Below, piece after piece: positions 36,601 to 44,063 of a stretch of 64,000 nucleotides of DNA. A model generated the notes under the pieces. The model was not told the origin of the DNA and did not search any database. It saw nothing but the letters and a program-made list of their open reading frames with translations. The position numbers were made by a program, and so were the translations under genes. Source of the stretch: a virus; the IMG/VR virus record IMGVR_UViG_3300036823_000324, positions 11,085 to 75,084 of that record. The stretch is one strand, 5' to 3'. How positions within the stretch are numbered: position 1 is the first letter of the stretch; the number at the start of each line of letters is the position of its first letter.

Positions 36601-38104
36601 CGACGATCGTCCCCGGCACGCCGCCGAACATGCCGCCGATCGAGGCGCCCGCGATGCCGCCGCCGAGGCCTCCGCCACCGGCGGCGTGGCCGAGCAGCAG
36701 CGAGCCGCCGACCGTGGTCAGGACGCTCAGCGCCTCCGGTGAGACGCCGGCCAGGCTCTGCAGCACCTTGGCGATGTTTTCCATCAGGTTGAGGGCCAGT
36801 TTCAGGCCGCTCGAGGCGCCGAAGAAGAGCCCCGCGGAGTGGGCGAGGTCGCCGAGGATGTTGACGAAGCGCGGCGTGTATTCGGTGGCCTCGCCGATGA
36901 AGTGGGTGAATTTCGGGATCGTCGATTCGGCGAGGTGGTCGAGGATGTAGGTCGCCGACGTCCCGCTGCGCCCCTGGCCCAGTTTGAGGATGCCTTCACC
37001 GAGCGCGTCGAAGTCCATCACCAGCCCGTGCACCAGCGGCTGGGCGTTCTGGGAGAAGGTTTCGATCTGGGATATGCCTTTCGCGGAGTCGGCCCATTCG
37101 GCTTTGCTCCCGAGCCAGCCGGCGAGGCTGCCGCCGAGGGTGCGCGCGAGGGGCGAGAAGTCGGCGGCGAGCGAGGCGCCCAGATGCGCCGCCTCGCCGA
37201 TCACCTTCACCAGCACTTCGCTGGTGGGGGCCAGCTGGGTGATCCAGCGTTCGAAGTCGTTTTTGCCCTGTTTGGAGCCGAAGAATCCCTCGAGCCCTTT
37301 CACACTCCGGTCGACGACGGGGAAGAAGGCGTCCCAGGCGCGCGTCGCCGCCGGCAGCCCGGTCGACTCCATCCATTTCAGGGAGGTGTTGATCAGCGCG
37401 AACTCTTCGGTCCCGCGCGGCCCTTTGGTGAAGGTGGATTCGTACTGGTTCTGTACGCCTTTGAAGTTTTTGACGGTTTCGACCGCCTGGGGACTGACAC
37501 CTTTACCCAGGCGTGCGAGTTCCTGTCTCTGGGCGGCGGTCATGTGACCGCCATAGCGTTTTTCGTATTCGGCCAGTTCGTTGGCTTTGCCGAGCGATTT
37601 CCCTAACGGGTAGGCGCCGAACGCCGTCGCCCCATAGAGGCCGAAGAGGGACCCGTAGGCGCTGAGCCCGGCGCCGGCCAGCGGCAGGGCCTGTCCGGCC
37701 GCGCCGCCGACGGATCCGAGCAGCGCCGCGGCGCCCTGGACGAGCGGCGGCGCAAAGAGGCCGCCGATGCCGAAGAGGCCGGTGCCGATCCGGCCGCCCG
37801 CGCCATGGCCAGAGCTCTGGCCGCGCACCGCTCCCGACATGCCGCCCCCGCTGCCCATCGCGTCGAGAGCCAGTTTGGTCTCGAAGGCGTCGTCGCGGGT
37901 TTTTTTCATCTCCCGCTGGACGACGCCGAGCTCGGTTTTCATCTTGCCGGCGAGCTTCGCCGTCGCATCGTTGCGGCCGAGCTCGTCGATCTGGCGGTCG
38001 AGCGCTCCTACAGCCCGTTCCGTTTTGTCGGAGCTGACCGAGATTTTGTCCAGTTTGGACGAAATATCGTCGCGGAGGGAGAAGACGGCTTCGACGCGCA
38101 CCAC
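33608..38104 (-). CDS. tape measure protein with C-terminal NlpC/P60-like peptidase
   Basis: 1498 aa, Gly/Ala-rich, LRDDIS N-terminus; PYLWGGGH...DCSG...HV; FAxGG motifs. Confidence 0.9.
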   Translation of the reverse strand: MVRVEAVFSLRDDISSKLDKISVSSDKTERAVGALDRQIDELGRNDATAKLAGKMKTELGVVQREMKKTRDDAFETKLALDAMGSGGGMSGAVRGQSSGHGAGGRIGTGLFGIGGLFAPPLVQGAAALLGSVGGAAGQALPLAGAGLSAYGSLFGLYGATAFGAYPLGKSLGKANELAEYEKRYGGHMTAAQRQELARLGKGVSPQAVETVKNFKGVQNQYESTFTKGPRGTEEFALINTSLKWMESTGLPAATRAWDAFFPVVDRSVKGLEGFFGSKQGKNDFERWITQLAPTSEVLVKVIGEAAHLGASLAADFSPLARTLGGSLAGWLGSKAEWADSAKGISQIETFSQNAQPLVHGLVMDFDALGEGILKLGQGRSGTSATYILDHLAESTIPKFTHFIGEATEYTPRFVNILGDLAHSAGLFFGASSGLKLALNLMENIAKVLQSLAGVSPEALSVLTTVGGSLLLGHAAGGGGLGGGIAGASIGGMFGGVPGTIVGGLLGAPLLGLEKHEVSEKRLMAADIAAGGMLSSARGISKLRGGSLVPSLGRTAVEGAAFNAAPAAGGGVLSRIRAAFRPVPTIPQSVTAYSSEDLLRAAASRQAASGEFGEGAALATSGLFGAGTGAATTSAGRGLLGRLLSPFWGAGEEGGAAALTGLGGAAAGLAPLALGLIDPSIYNGVLGERGLGGSAHPGPAGMFGNNGYGMLGNRTKAFQDVLSGFSLFPSGEEGKRELLPQRSGAAERQITTQWKQRREELAPMVKEYDHLTKAIEKQAGHEKRQNELVEKRKSLIQSIAAIEPTLVHYNPITGVAENFNKKQGERQAFGVEAGVPGAKLLGGIRASEGLVKAERAERTLRARLQKEGITGKPLQEAMYAARTGNVGEVSVLGRQFENVFGRGAGNPLKQFGSTWRNIGGTASQFSHELGQISGPLEHFEKELEGVTVGDIHGGKLPGTGTIKKLLHSSNRKEQRDGEEAAQFYMKGVVNHLGLKGGEATKVRHEMASLLGFHPAAAAGKNAPVGAGVHAGGFGLSFGGGLVKSSAEQIESKAGELKKAGQKASESFAEGLGSNQSSHEAARATEPVIKGMLYGASPGGLVSHETQEAAQKGGATISSQYALGIQSKEGAVRNAAQRLVKAAFGALNTVPGGSKGGGTMPQPEVGAGGGGGKGKRRGGRAGFASGGRVGGAAFAAGQTEGGSLDTAILRSLRSRIDEEAQAGGGPKMAALIANGNRMTSLRKPYLWGGGHGATASRDGAWDCSGGTTELFDGAGWNFPPMVSGGFMNWERPGKGAATVLASPDHVYSVLKTRGGPKAIGTSASNPGEGYGWISDYTYRPGFSERHANLGLTGGVSSTRMAGKGQKQKKGFAAGGRVPGMRTPEDSVDISVSPKEFVVTDDGERQLERMTFPGVLNWLEGEQRPHFRAGGRPSPEVLRHGTATPGTGSGGVKIEINGPVSIGSHEDLDEFAKELVAAVRREMQNHPEGGGEFTHLTGPTV

Positions 38105-38143
38105 CTGATCTTCGCAGTGACCGCGGGCGCCTTCCAGTCGAAG

Positions 38144-38179
38144 GAGGGCGGGGCGGCCCCCTATGAGCGCCCCGCCCTC
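38144..38179. terminator. 12-bp hairpin between chaperone and tape measure
   Basis: GAGGGCGGGGCG/CGCCCCGCCCTC. Confidence 0.4.
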
Positions 38180-38213
38180 TATGCCACCCGGCGGCGCGAG
38201 TCTAGCCGCCTGC

Positions 38214-38477
38214 TCAGTCGCCTTCGCTCAGCGTGTCGAGCAGGATCGGCATCTTCACCTCGGCGCCCATCGCTTCGGCGAGGAGCGCCGTCTCGCCGCG
38301 GTCTTTGTCCTCGATCCAGTAGGCCATCGCGTAGAGGAGCGTGCGGTAGGCCCGCGGTTCCGGGTGTGGCGGGATCTCCACCACGCCCACGTTCCACAGC
38401 TCGTACGGGTCGAGGCTGAAGTGTTTGGCGCAGAGGGCGAGAGCCTGGGCCTCACCAGACTCCGCCAGGATTATTTT
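38214..38477 (-). CDS. tail assembly chaperone, frameshifted C-terminal extension
   Basis: -1 frame KIILAESGEAQ...LDPYELW...LLYAMAYW with no clear independent start. Confidence 0.65.
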   Translation of the reverse strand, partial: KIILAESGEAQALALCAKHFSLDPYELWNVGVVEIPPHPEPRAYRTLLYAMAYWIEDKDRGETALLAEAMGAEVKMPILLDTLSEGD

Positions 38478-39214
38478 GCCCGTTCGAGCGCCCCGTCCGC
38501 CCAACCCGAGATGTCGGTCACGACCTGCATCAGCTGGTCTATCTCGCCGGCCAGGAACCACTTCTGGATCACATGGTGCGGCGTCGGCGTCTCTTTGCTC
38601 GCGAGTCGCTTGTCGGTCATGTCGGGCTTCAACATCGACCGGATGACGGAGATCCGCTTCACCATCGACTGATCGGTGAGGTAGTCGCCGGCGCCGATGA
38701 TCTTCTCCTGCTTGGTCGATTTCCGCCGGCAGTTTTTCTCGATCTGGACGTACTCGTCTTCGCCGAGCCCGCGGAGCGTCACCCAGAATTCGGGTCTGTC
38801 GGAGGGAGCCTCACGATGCCCTTCCTCGATTTCCTCGGCCTCGAGGCGTTCGGCGAAGGCCACCATGTTGACGTCCTGGGTCGTCGGCTCCGGTGCCGCT
38901 TTGACGCTGAGCATCCGATCGAGGGCCCCGTTGGCGGCTTTCGAGCGTTCATCCTGGGTAATGCCAGGATCGCGGATCTTGTCCTGCTCGCGGTTGGCGA
39001 CCCGGGTGCCGTCCTCGTCGTCGGGGAGATCCTCGGACTGCGGCTCCTTGGGCTCGAGCGGTGGACCCTGCCAGCCCAGCGACGCGGCCTGCATCGGGCT
39101 GATCTCGGCGCCCTCGCTGTAGAGCTTGCCGCCTCGTTCTTCGACCTGGTCGCCGTCGGCCGGGCCGATCGGCTCTTTCGTGGATATGGCACCTGCGCCG
39201 GGGTCCTCGGGCAT
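38471..39214 (-). CDS. tail assembly chaperone (XkdN-like)
   Basis: VTLRGL...IEKNC...FLAGEIDQL...ISGW...AK; RBS AGGAGG. Confidence 0.8.
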   Translation of the reverse strand: MPEDPGAGAISTKEPIGPADGDQVEERGGKLYSEGAEISPMQAASLGWQGPPLEPKEPQSEDLPDDEDGTRVANREQDKIRDPGITQDERSKAANGALDRMLSVKAAPEPTTQDVNMVAFAERLEAEEIEEGHREAPSDRPEFWVTLRGLGEDEYVQIEKNCRRKSTKQEKIIGAGDYLTDQSMVKRISVIRSMLKPDMTDKRLASKETPTPHHVIQKWFLAGEIDQLMQVVTDISGWADGALERAK

Positions 39215-39361
39215 CTGTCCTCCTAGGGGGTGGGTTGGCGGCGCCAGCCTACCCCTCGACTGCGGACGGCTACCTCGGGCTGCCCTTCAGGCCCGTCGTT
39301 TCCTGTGCGTTGCCCCAGATCAGAAGCGCCCACGCCGGCCAGCGGACGGCGCCGCGCGGCG

Positions 39362-39946
39362 TCAGGAGAATTCGCCGGGGAGCGGCAGGACCGGGTCGGC
39401 GTCTTCGCCGGCGGCCGGGTAGGTGAATTCGCCTTCGGGGGACGCGCCGTAGAGGTTGCCCGGGCGGGCGATCCCCTCGACCAGGTGCTCGGTGTTCCAG
39501 GTCATCGGCAGGTCCCGTTCGAGCATCGTGTTCTGGGTGAAACCGATCGGCAGCTCCCAGAATTTGATGCCGAAGAGCATCAGTTCCTCCGAGCCCCACG
39601 ATTCCGGGTCGGCGAGTTTGACGAGGAGTTCGAGGTCCTGGAAGACCGGCTCGCCTTTGCCGCGGGCTTCGCGCATTTCCTGCGCGGTCATGTTCGCGTA
39701 CTTGAGCATCCAGCTCTCGAAGCGGGAGTCGACCTTCAGCAGCGAGACGGAACCGGAACGGGTGATGCGGCCGCGGCGGTAGACCTGGGTGTTGGAGCCC
39801 GAGCGCGGCAAAGCCTGCTGGGCGATCGCGACCGTGCCGGTGATCCCCTTGAGGTCGGCCTGCACGTGGCCGTTCATGAAGATCTGACCCCAGTTCCCGT
39901 CGATCGCGCGCTCCTCGATCGCGGCGACAGATGCGCTCGCAGCCAT
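39362..39946 (-). CDS. tail tube protein (XkdM-like)
   Basis: IDGNWG, SGSVSLLKVDSR, KLADPESWGSE, ELPI. Confidence 0.88.
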   Translation of the reverse strand: MAASASVAAIEERAIDGNWGQIFMNGHVQADLKGITGTVAIAQQALPRSGSNTQVYRRGRITRSGSVSLLKVDSRFESWMLKYANMTAQEMREARGKGEPVFQDLELLVKLADPESWGSEELMLFGIKFWELPIGFTQNTMLERDLPMTWNTEHLVEGIARPGNLYGASPEGEFTYPAAGEDADPVLPLPGEFS

Positions 39947-39959
39947 TCCTCAGCCCCCC

Positions 39960-41498
39960 TTATCCGCCGCTCAACGCGACGCTGTTGAAGATCCGCTTCA
40001 CGATGCCCTGGAAGGCGATGCCGTAGCGAAGGTAGACGCCATCGCCGACCTGCACGAACCGTTCATCGAATTCGACCGAGCTCGTCCCCGATTCCAGCGC
40101 GCCGCTGACCTCGAGCGCCTGCAGGAATTTCAGGAACGCGCCCTTGAGCGTGTTGCGGCCGGTCTTGTTGTTGAGCAGGGTGCCCAGGTAACTCGCGCCC
40201 GAGACTTCGGTCAGCGTGTTCTCGATGAAGTGGCAGATCGCCGAGTTGCGGATGTCCTTCAACTCGACCGGCCGTTCGTCCTCATCGGTCGTGAGCAGCG
40301 CAGTGTTGCCGTTGTCGATCGCGATCTGGGTGGTGGTGGTGTTGGCGAACACCACCACGCCACTTTCACCCGCCTTTTCATAGTTGGCCGGGGTGAGGGG
40401 GTTGTTCACCTGGTAGCCGGTGAGGCGGATGTTGAAGATCGACCGCGTGATGCCGACCCGTGCCACGACGCCCGCGATTTTCGAGGCGATCTGCGCCGTC
40501 GAGAACACCGCGTTGTCGCTGAGGCGCCGAAGGTCGGTGGCGCCGACGTTGATCAGGTCGACCGCGACGTTGTGGTACGTGTATTCGCCGTTGGTGTTTT
40601 TGCCGTCGGAGTAGCCCGTACCCGAGGCCGGCGGCACCGAGCCGGCGGCCAGCCGTTCCTTTGCTTCGGTCAGGGTCTCGGCGGCGGCGCCGCCGATGAC
40701 GCCGAAGGTGCGGATCCCGGCCTCGTTTCGTTCCTTGAGCCAGGCGACGAAGGCGTCCATCGTCGGTTTGTCGGTGTTGTCGGCGAGAGCGATCGTTTCG
40801 AACGCCTGGTTCTGCATCGTCGCCAGGGCGTTCGTGGTGTCTTCGAGCGCCGTGGTGAGGCCGGAGTTGCCTTCGACGAACCCGCCGGCACCGCTGATCA
40901 CGCCGACGATGTTGACCAGCGCGCGGGCGCTGGAACCTTCGATCGCGGCGGTCACGTATTCGGAGGGGAACAGTTCGTTGATCGCCGTGACGAAGTTGTT
41001 GTTCAGCCCTTCTTTGACGTTTTCCCAGCGCTCGAGTTCGACGCCGCTCTCGAACAGGATCAGGTCTTTGTTTTCGGATTTCACCGCATTGGTCTGGACG
41101 ACCACGGTGAAGTTGTTGGCGCGGGCACCGGGGTACTTCGCGGTCAGCTTGAGGGCCACCCCGGCGCTCGAGTCTTTGAGTACCACTTTCCCGGCTTTCG
41201 CCGCCGTGCCGGCGATCCGCATCGAGAGGACGCGCGTGGCGCCGCCCCCGTCGAAGCCTTCGAGCATGGACAGGACCGATTCGCGCAACGTGCCGTTCTG
41301 GCTCCCGCTGTAGAGCAGTTCGAGCAACGCCGCGCTGTTGATTTCTTCGACGTGCCCGACCGGACCCCAGTCCGCGGTGCCGATCGTCGCACCGACGCCG
41401 ACGCTGCCACCGCTGATGGCGGTCTGGAGGGCCGCCATGAAGTTGAAGTAGATCCCACCCCGCGTCGGAGGCTTCGACGGGTTCCATTTGCCAGGCAT
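39960..41498 (-). CDS. tail sheath protein (XkdK-like)
   Basis: RGGIYFNF, ADWGP, TAKYPGARAN, YLG.LLNN..GR. Confidence 0.92.
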   Translation of the reverse strand: MPGKWNPSKPPTRGGIYFNFMAALQTAISGGSVGVGATIGTADWGPVGHVEEINSAALLELLYSGSQNGTLRESVLSMLEGFDGGGATRVLSMRIAGTAAKAGKVVLKDSSAGVALKLTAKYPGARANNFTVVVQTNAVKSENKDLILFESGVELERWENVKEGLNNNFVTAINELFPSEYVTAAIEGSSARALVNIVGVISGAGGFVEGNSGLTTALEDTTNALATMQNQAFETIALADNTDKPTMDAFVAWLKERNEAGIRTFGVIGGAAAETLTEAKERLAAGSVPPASGTGYSDGKNTNGEYTYHNVAVDLINVGATDLRRLSDNAVFSTAQIASKIAGVVARVGITRSIFNIRLTGYQVNNPLTPANYEKAGESGVVVFANTTTTQIAIDNGNTALLTTDEDERPVELKDIRNSAICHFIENTLTEVSGASYLGTLLNNKTGRNTLKGAFLKFLQALEVSGALESGTSSVEFDERFVQVGDGVYLRYGIAFQGIVKRIFNSVALSGG

Positions 41499-41501
41499 CG
41501 A

Positions 41502-41846
41502 CTAGCTCTCCTTCGTCGTCGTCGGGGTGTGGGCCAGCAGCGCTTCGATCGCGGTGCGGGCGTCGTCGACGGTCATGAAGTCGGCGCCGGCGTGGCGGAT
41601 CGCGGTGGAGACGATGTAACCGGGCTGGCCGAAGAGCTCGTCGCCATGTTCGACCAGCTGCTGGGCGCTGAGCAGATCGGGGGCGTAGCCCTCCTCGACC
41701 TGGTCGGCCACCGGGGCCTCCGCGACGGGGGCTGCGTCTGCCGGCGGTGCCGACACCGCGGGCGCCTTGCCGGTGACGGGAGTCTGTTTCTGCTCGTCGC
41801 TGTTCTCCTGCACGGCGCCTGCTTTCGTGTCGCGATCCTCAGCCAT
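41502..41846 (-). CDS. small YqzN/YkzM-like pre-sheath protein
   Basis: QLVEHGDELFG...TVDDARTAIEALL. Confidence 0.55.
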   Translation of the reverse strand: MAEDRDTKAGAVQENSDEQKQTPVTGKAPAVSAPPADAAPVAEAPVADQVEEGYAPDLLSAQQLVEHGDELFGQPGYIVSTAIRHAGADFMTVDDARTAIEALLAHTPTTTKES

Positions 41847-41854
41847 CCCCGCTC

Positions 41855-42454
41855 CTAGTGGATGCTCGGTTTGAGCCCGATGCTCTTGACTGCCGGCACG
41901 TGCTGGGTGCCCCGACGCCTGCCGGCCTTGACCCGCAGGTTCATCGAGCGTTGCCACATTCCCTGCTCGTTCGTTTCGGCCAGTTCCATCTGCACGGAGT
42001 CTGGCACCACCTGCATCCATCGCGCAAGGCGTGCGTCAAGGTCGAAAGCCCACAGCGGGATCCGGTACGGGGCAAAGAGCGGCGACGATCCCTCGCTGAT
42101 CATCCGCCGCATCCGTTCGCCCAGCGAGAAGGTCTCGTCGTAGTCGTCGCCGTAGGCGGTCAGCACGAACGAATGTTCGACCTGGTAGTTGGTCGAGGCC
42201 AGGTTCTCGGTGATCCGAGGGATGACCGGTAGCTGGCGGACGGTCACCGCCGGCCGTTTGAAGGTGCCGATGATCGGCTCGACGAAGACGAAGGGTTCGC
42301 CCGGCCCCGGGTCGGTGTCGTCGTCGGTCGCCGGCGAGAGTTCCCGCTTCAGCCAGCGACGGACGCTCTTGATGTCGTCGGGGTCGTTGTAGCCGTAGAG
42401 GATGCCGCTGCTCTGGGTGGCGATCGCGACGAAGTTGCGTTCGAGGGTGGTCAT
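41855..42454 (-). CDS. tail completion/terminator protein
   Basis: position; FKRPAV, VLTAYG. Confidence 0.6.
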   Translation of the reverse strand: MTTLERNFVAIATQSSGILYGYNDPDDIKSVRRWLKRELSPATDDDTDPGPGEPFVFVEPIIGTFKRPAVTVRQLPVIPRITENLASTNYQVEHSFVLTAYGDDYDETFSLGERMRRMISEGSSPLFAPYRIPLWAFDLDARLARWMQVVPDSVQMELAETNEQGMWQRSMNLRVKAGRRRGTQHVPAVKSIGLKPSIH

Positions 42455-42518
42455 CTGCTCAGGAATAATTTCGGCGAATATTCACGGTCATATTTGACGG
42501 CCCGATTTCCATCCGATC

Positions 42519-42995
42519 TCAGTGGAAAATCACGGCCATCGTCGCTTCGGCCTCGATTTTCATGCGGAACTCGGCGGCGACCAGGCCGCGCTCGAACATG
42601 TGGACACCGGTCGTGCCGGGGTGGTTGACGCTGCGGGCGAAGTGCAGCTGCGCGTCGGTCCAGTAGCGCAGGACCGTCTTCGAGCCCGGCCGTGGGATCG
42701 GGTGGGCCCGGGTGCCCTTGTCGACGTAGCCGGCGTGACCGTTGTCGCTGAATGCGCCGGCGACCCAGACGCCGCGTTCTTCTTTGGGCGGCAGTGGCTT
42801 GACCGAGTCGTAGAGCTCGGTCGACGGGCCCTCGTCGTCGCCGGTCTCCGGGTCGATGATCCGGCCTTTGGGGGTCCGGCGCTTGACCTCGTCGGCGACG
42901 ACGGCCGAGGTTTTCTTCGCGAGTTTGGGGAGGGCGCCTTTCCAGGCCTCTTTCATCTTCTCGACGTCGCGGCTGATGCTGCCCGTGACCGACAC
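42519..42995 (-). CDS. HK97 gp10-like neck protein
   Basis: RRTP...LYDS...AGYVDKGTRAH.I...VNHPGT.G.HMFERG. Confidence 0.8.
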   Translation of the reverse strand: MSVTGSISRDVEKMKEAWKGALPKLAKKTSAVVADEVKRRTPKGRIIDPETGDDEGPSTELYDSVKPLPPKEERGVWVAGAFSDNGHAGYVDKGTRAHPIPRPGSKTVLRYWTDAQLHFARSVNHPGTTGVHMFERGLVAAEFRMKIEAEATMAVIFH

Positions 42996-43406
42996 CTACA
43001 TCTCCTCGTACTCGTGCGTGGTGACGTGGTAGAGGGGGATCTCGCCCCACGCCGCCAGGCGCGGTTCCACGGTCCCGGTGACGTGGCAGATGAAGTAGGT
43101 GACCCCTTCCCGCTGGACGTGGATCTTGTCCGCCGTCTGCGGTTTGACGTCGGAGGCGATCGCCAGCTCGCGCGTGTCGGTCTGGGTGGTGCGGTCAGGC
43201 TGGCGCTCCTGCTCGGAGGTCGGCTGCGAGAGCTTGGCGGCGTAGGGCCCGTAGACCGCTTCGGCCTCGAGCGGCGTGCCGTCTTCGGTGCCGACGAGCT
43301 CCTCGAGCCGCACCAGCCATGCCTGGTCGGACATCCAGTCCTCGACCGACCCGCGGATCACCGGGAAGATCCGCGGGCGCGATTTCATCGGGCCCACGGC
43401 GCGCAT
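42996..43406 (-). CDS. head closure/stopper-like protein
   Basis: position in the neck module; coupled. Confidence 0.55.
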   Translation of the reverse strand: MRAVGPMKSRPRIFPVIRGSVEDWMSDQAWLVRLEELVGTEDGTPLEAEAVYGPYAAKLSQPTSEQERQPDRTTQTDTRELAIASDVKPQTADKIHVQREGVTYFICHVTGTVEPRLAAWGEIPLYHVTTHEYEEM

Positions 43407-44035
43407 CAGCGGAAGGGACCGGCCGGCCAGTAGCCGATCTGGTTGAAGAGCGCGCCGCGGTCTTCCCAGTTCCCCGGGTACTCGGGATCGTCGGCGTCGT
43501 AGATGATGTCGAAGACCTGCAGGAAGGGTTCGTCGGCCTCTTTTTCGAGTAGCGCTTCCGCCAGTTCCCGGCGTTTGAGCAGCCGGTCGAAGACGCTGAC
43601 GACGTCGTACTTCTCGTCGCCCGAGCCGAAGTTCTGGCCGACGGTGACCCCCATCAGGATCGAGTCGACGGCGTAGATCAGCGCCTGGTAGGTGACCGTG
43701 ACCGGCGTCGTCCACTTGTCTTCGCCACGTTCGAGGTAGAAGGCGAGCTCGTTGTCGGTCCAGGTCAACCGCGCGTATTCGATCTGGATCAGCGCATCCT
43801 TTTCGGGGCTCACGGAGAAGGAGATCCGCCGTTCCTCTTCGACCGTGTAGTCGACGCCCTCGGTCTTCGGTTCGCCGTTCACGAACACGCGGCTCGTGCC
43901 TTCGCTGACCGGCGGGTTGTTGAGGAAGAAGATCCTCTCGGCGCCGCTCGCCACGGCCGTCTCGTTCAGGTAGCGCGGTTCGTCCTCGAGGAGTTTCCGC
44001 AGCCACTGGATGTTGGTCAACGGGGTGTAGGCCAC
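43406..44035 (-). CDS. head-tail adaptor with inserted Ig-like domain
   Basis: LRKLLED...VFVNG...EGVDYTV...WTDNELAFYL. Confidence 0.6.
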   Translation of the reverse strand: MAYTPLTNIQWLRKLLEDEPRYLNETAVASGAERIFFLNNPPVSEGTSRVFVNGEPKTEGVDYTVEEERRISFSVSPEKDALIQIEYARLTWTDNELAFYLERGEDKWTTPVTVTYQALIYAVDSILMGVTVGQNFGSGDEKYDVVSVFDRLLKRRELAEALLEKEADEPFLQVFDIIYDADDPEYPGNWEDRGALFNQIGYWPAGPFR

Positions 44036-44063
44036 GCTGTGACGGTACTGCGGCAGCCAGCCG

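Noticed and set aside
39215-39361. Structured RNA between tail tube and chaperone genes
   Set aside because: Only an imperfect hairpin and a 9-nt direct repeat, within chance for GC-rich DNA
42455-42518. AT-rich intergenic patch as a promoter or operator
   Set aside because: No clear -10/-35 pair or repeat could be assigned
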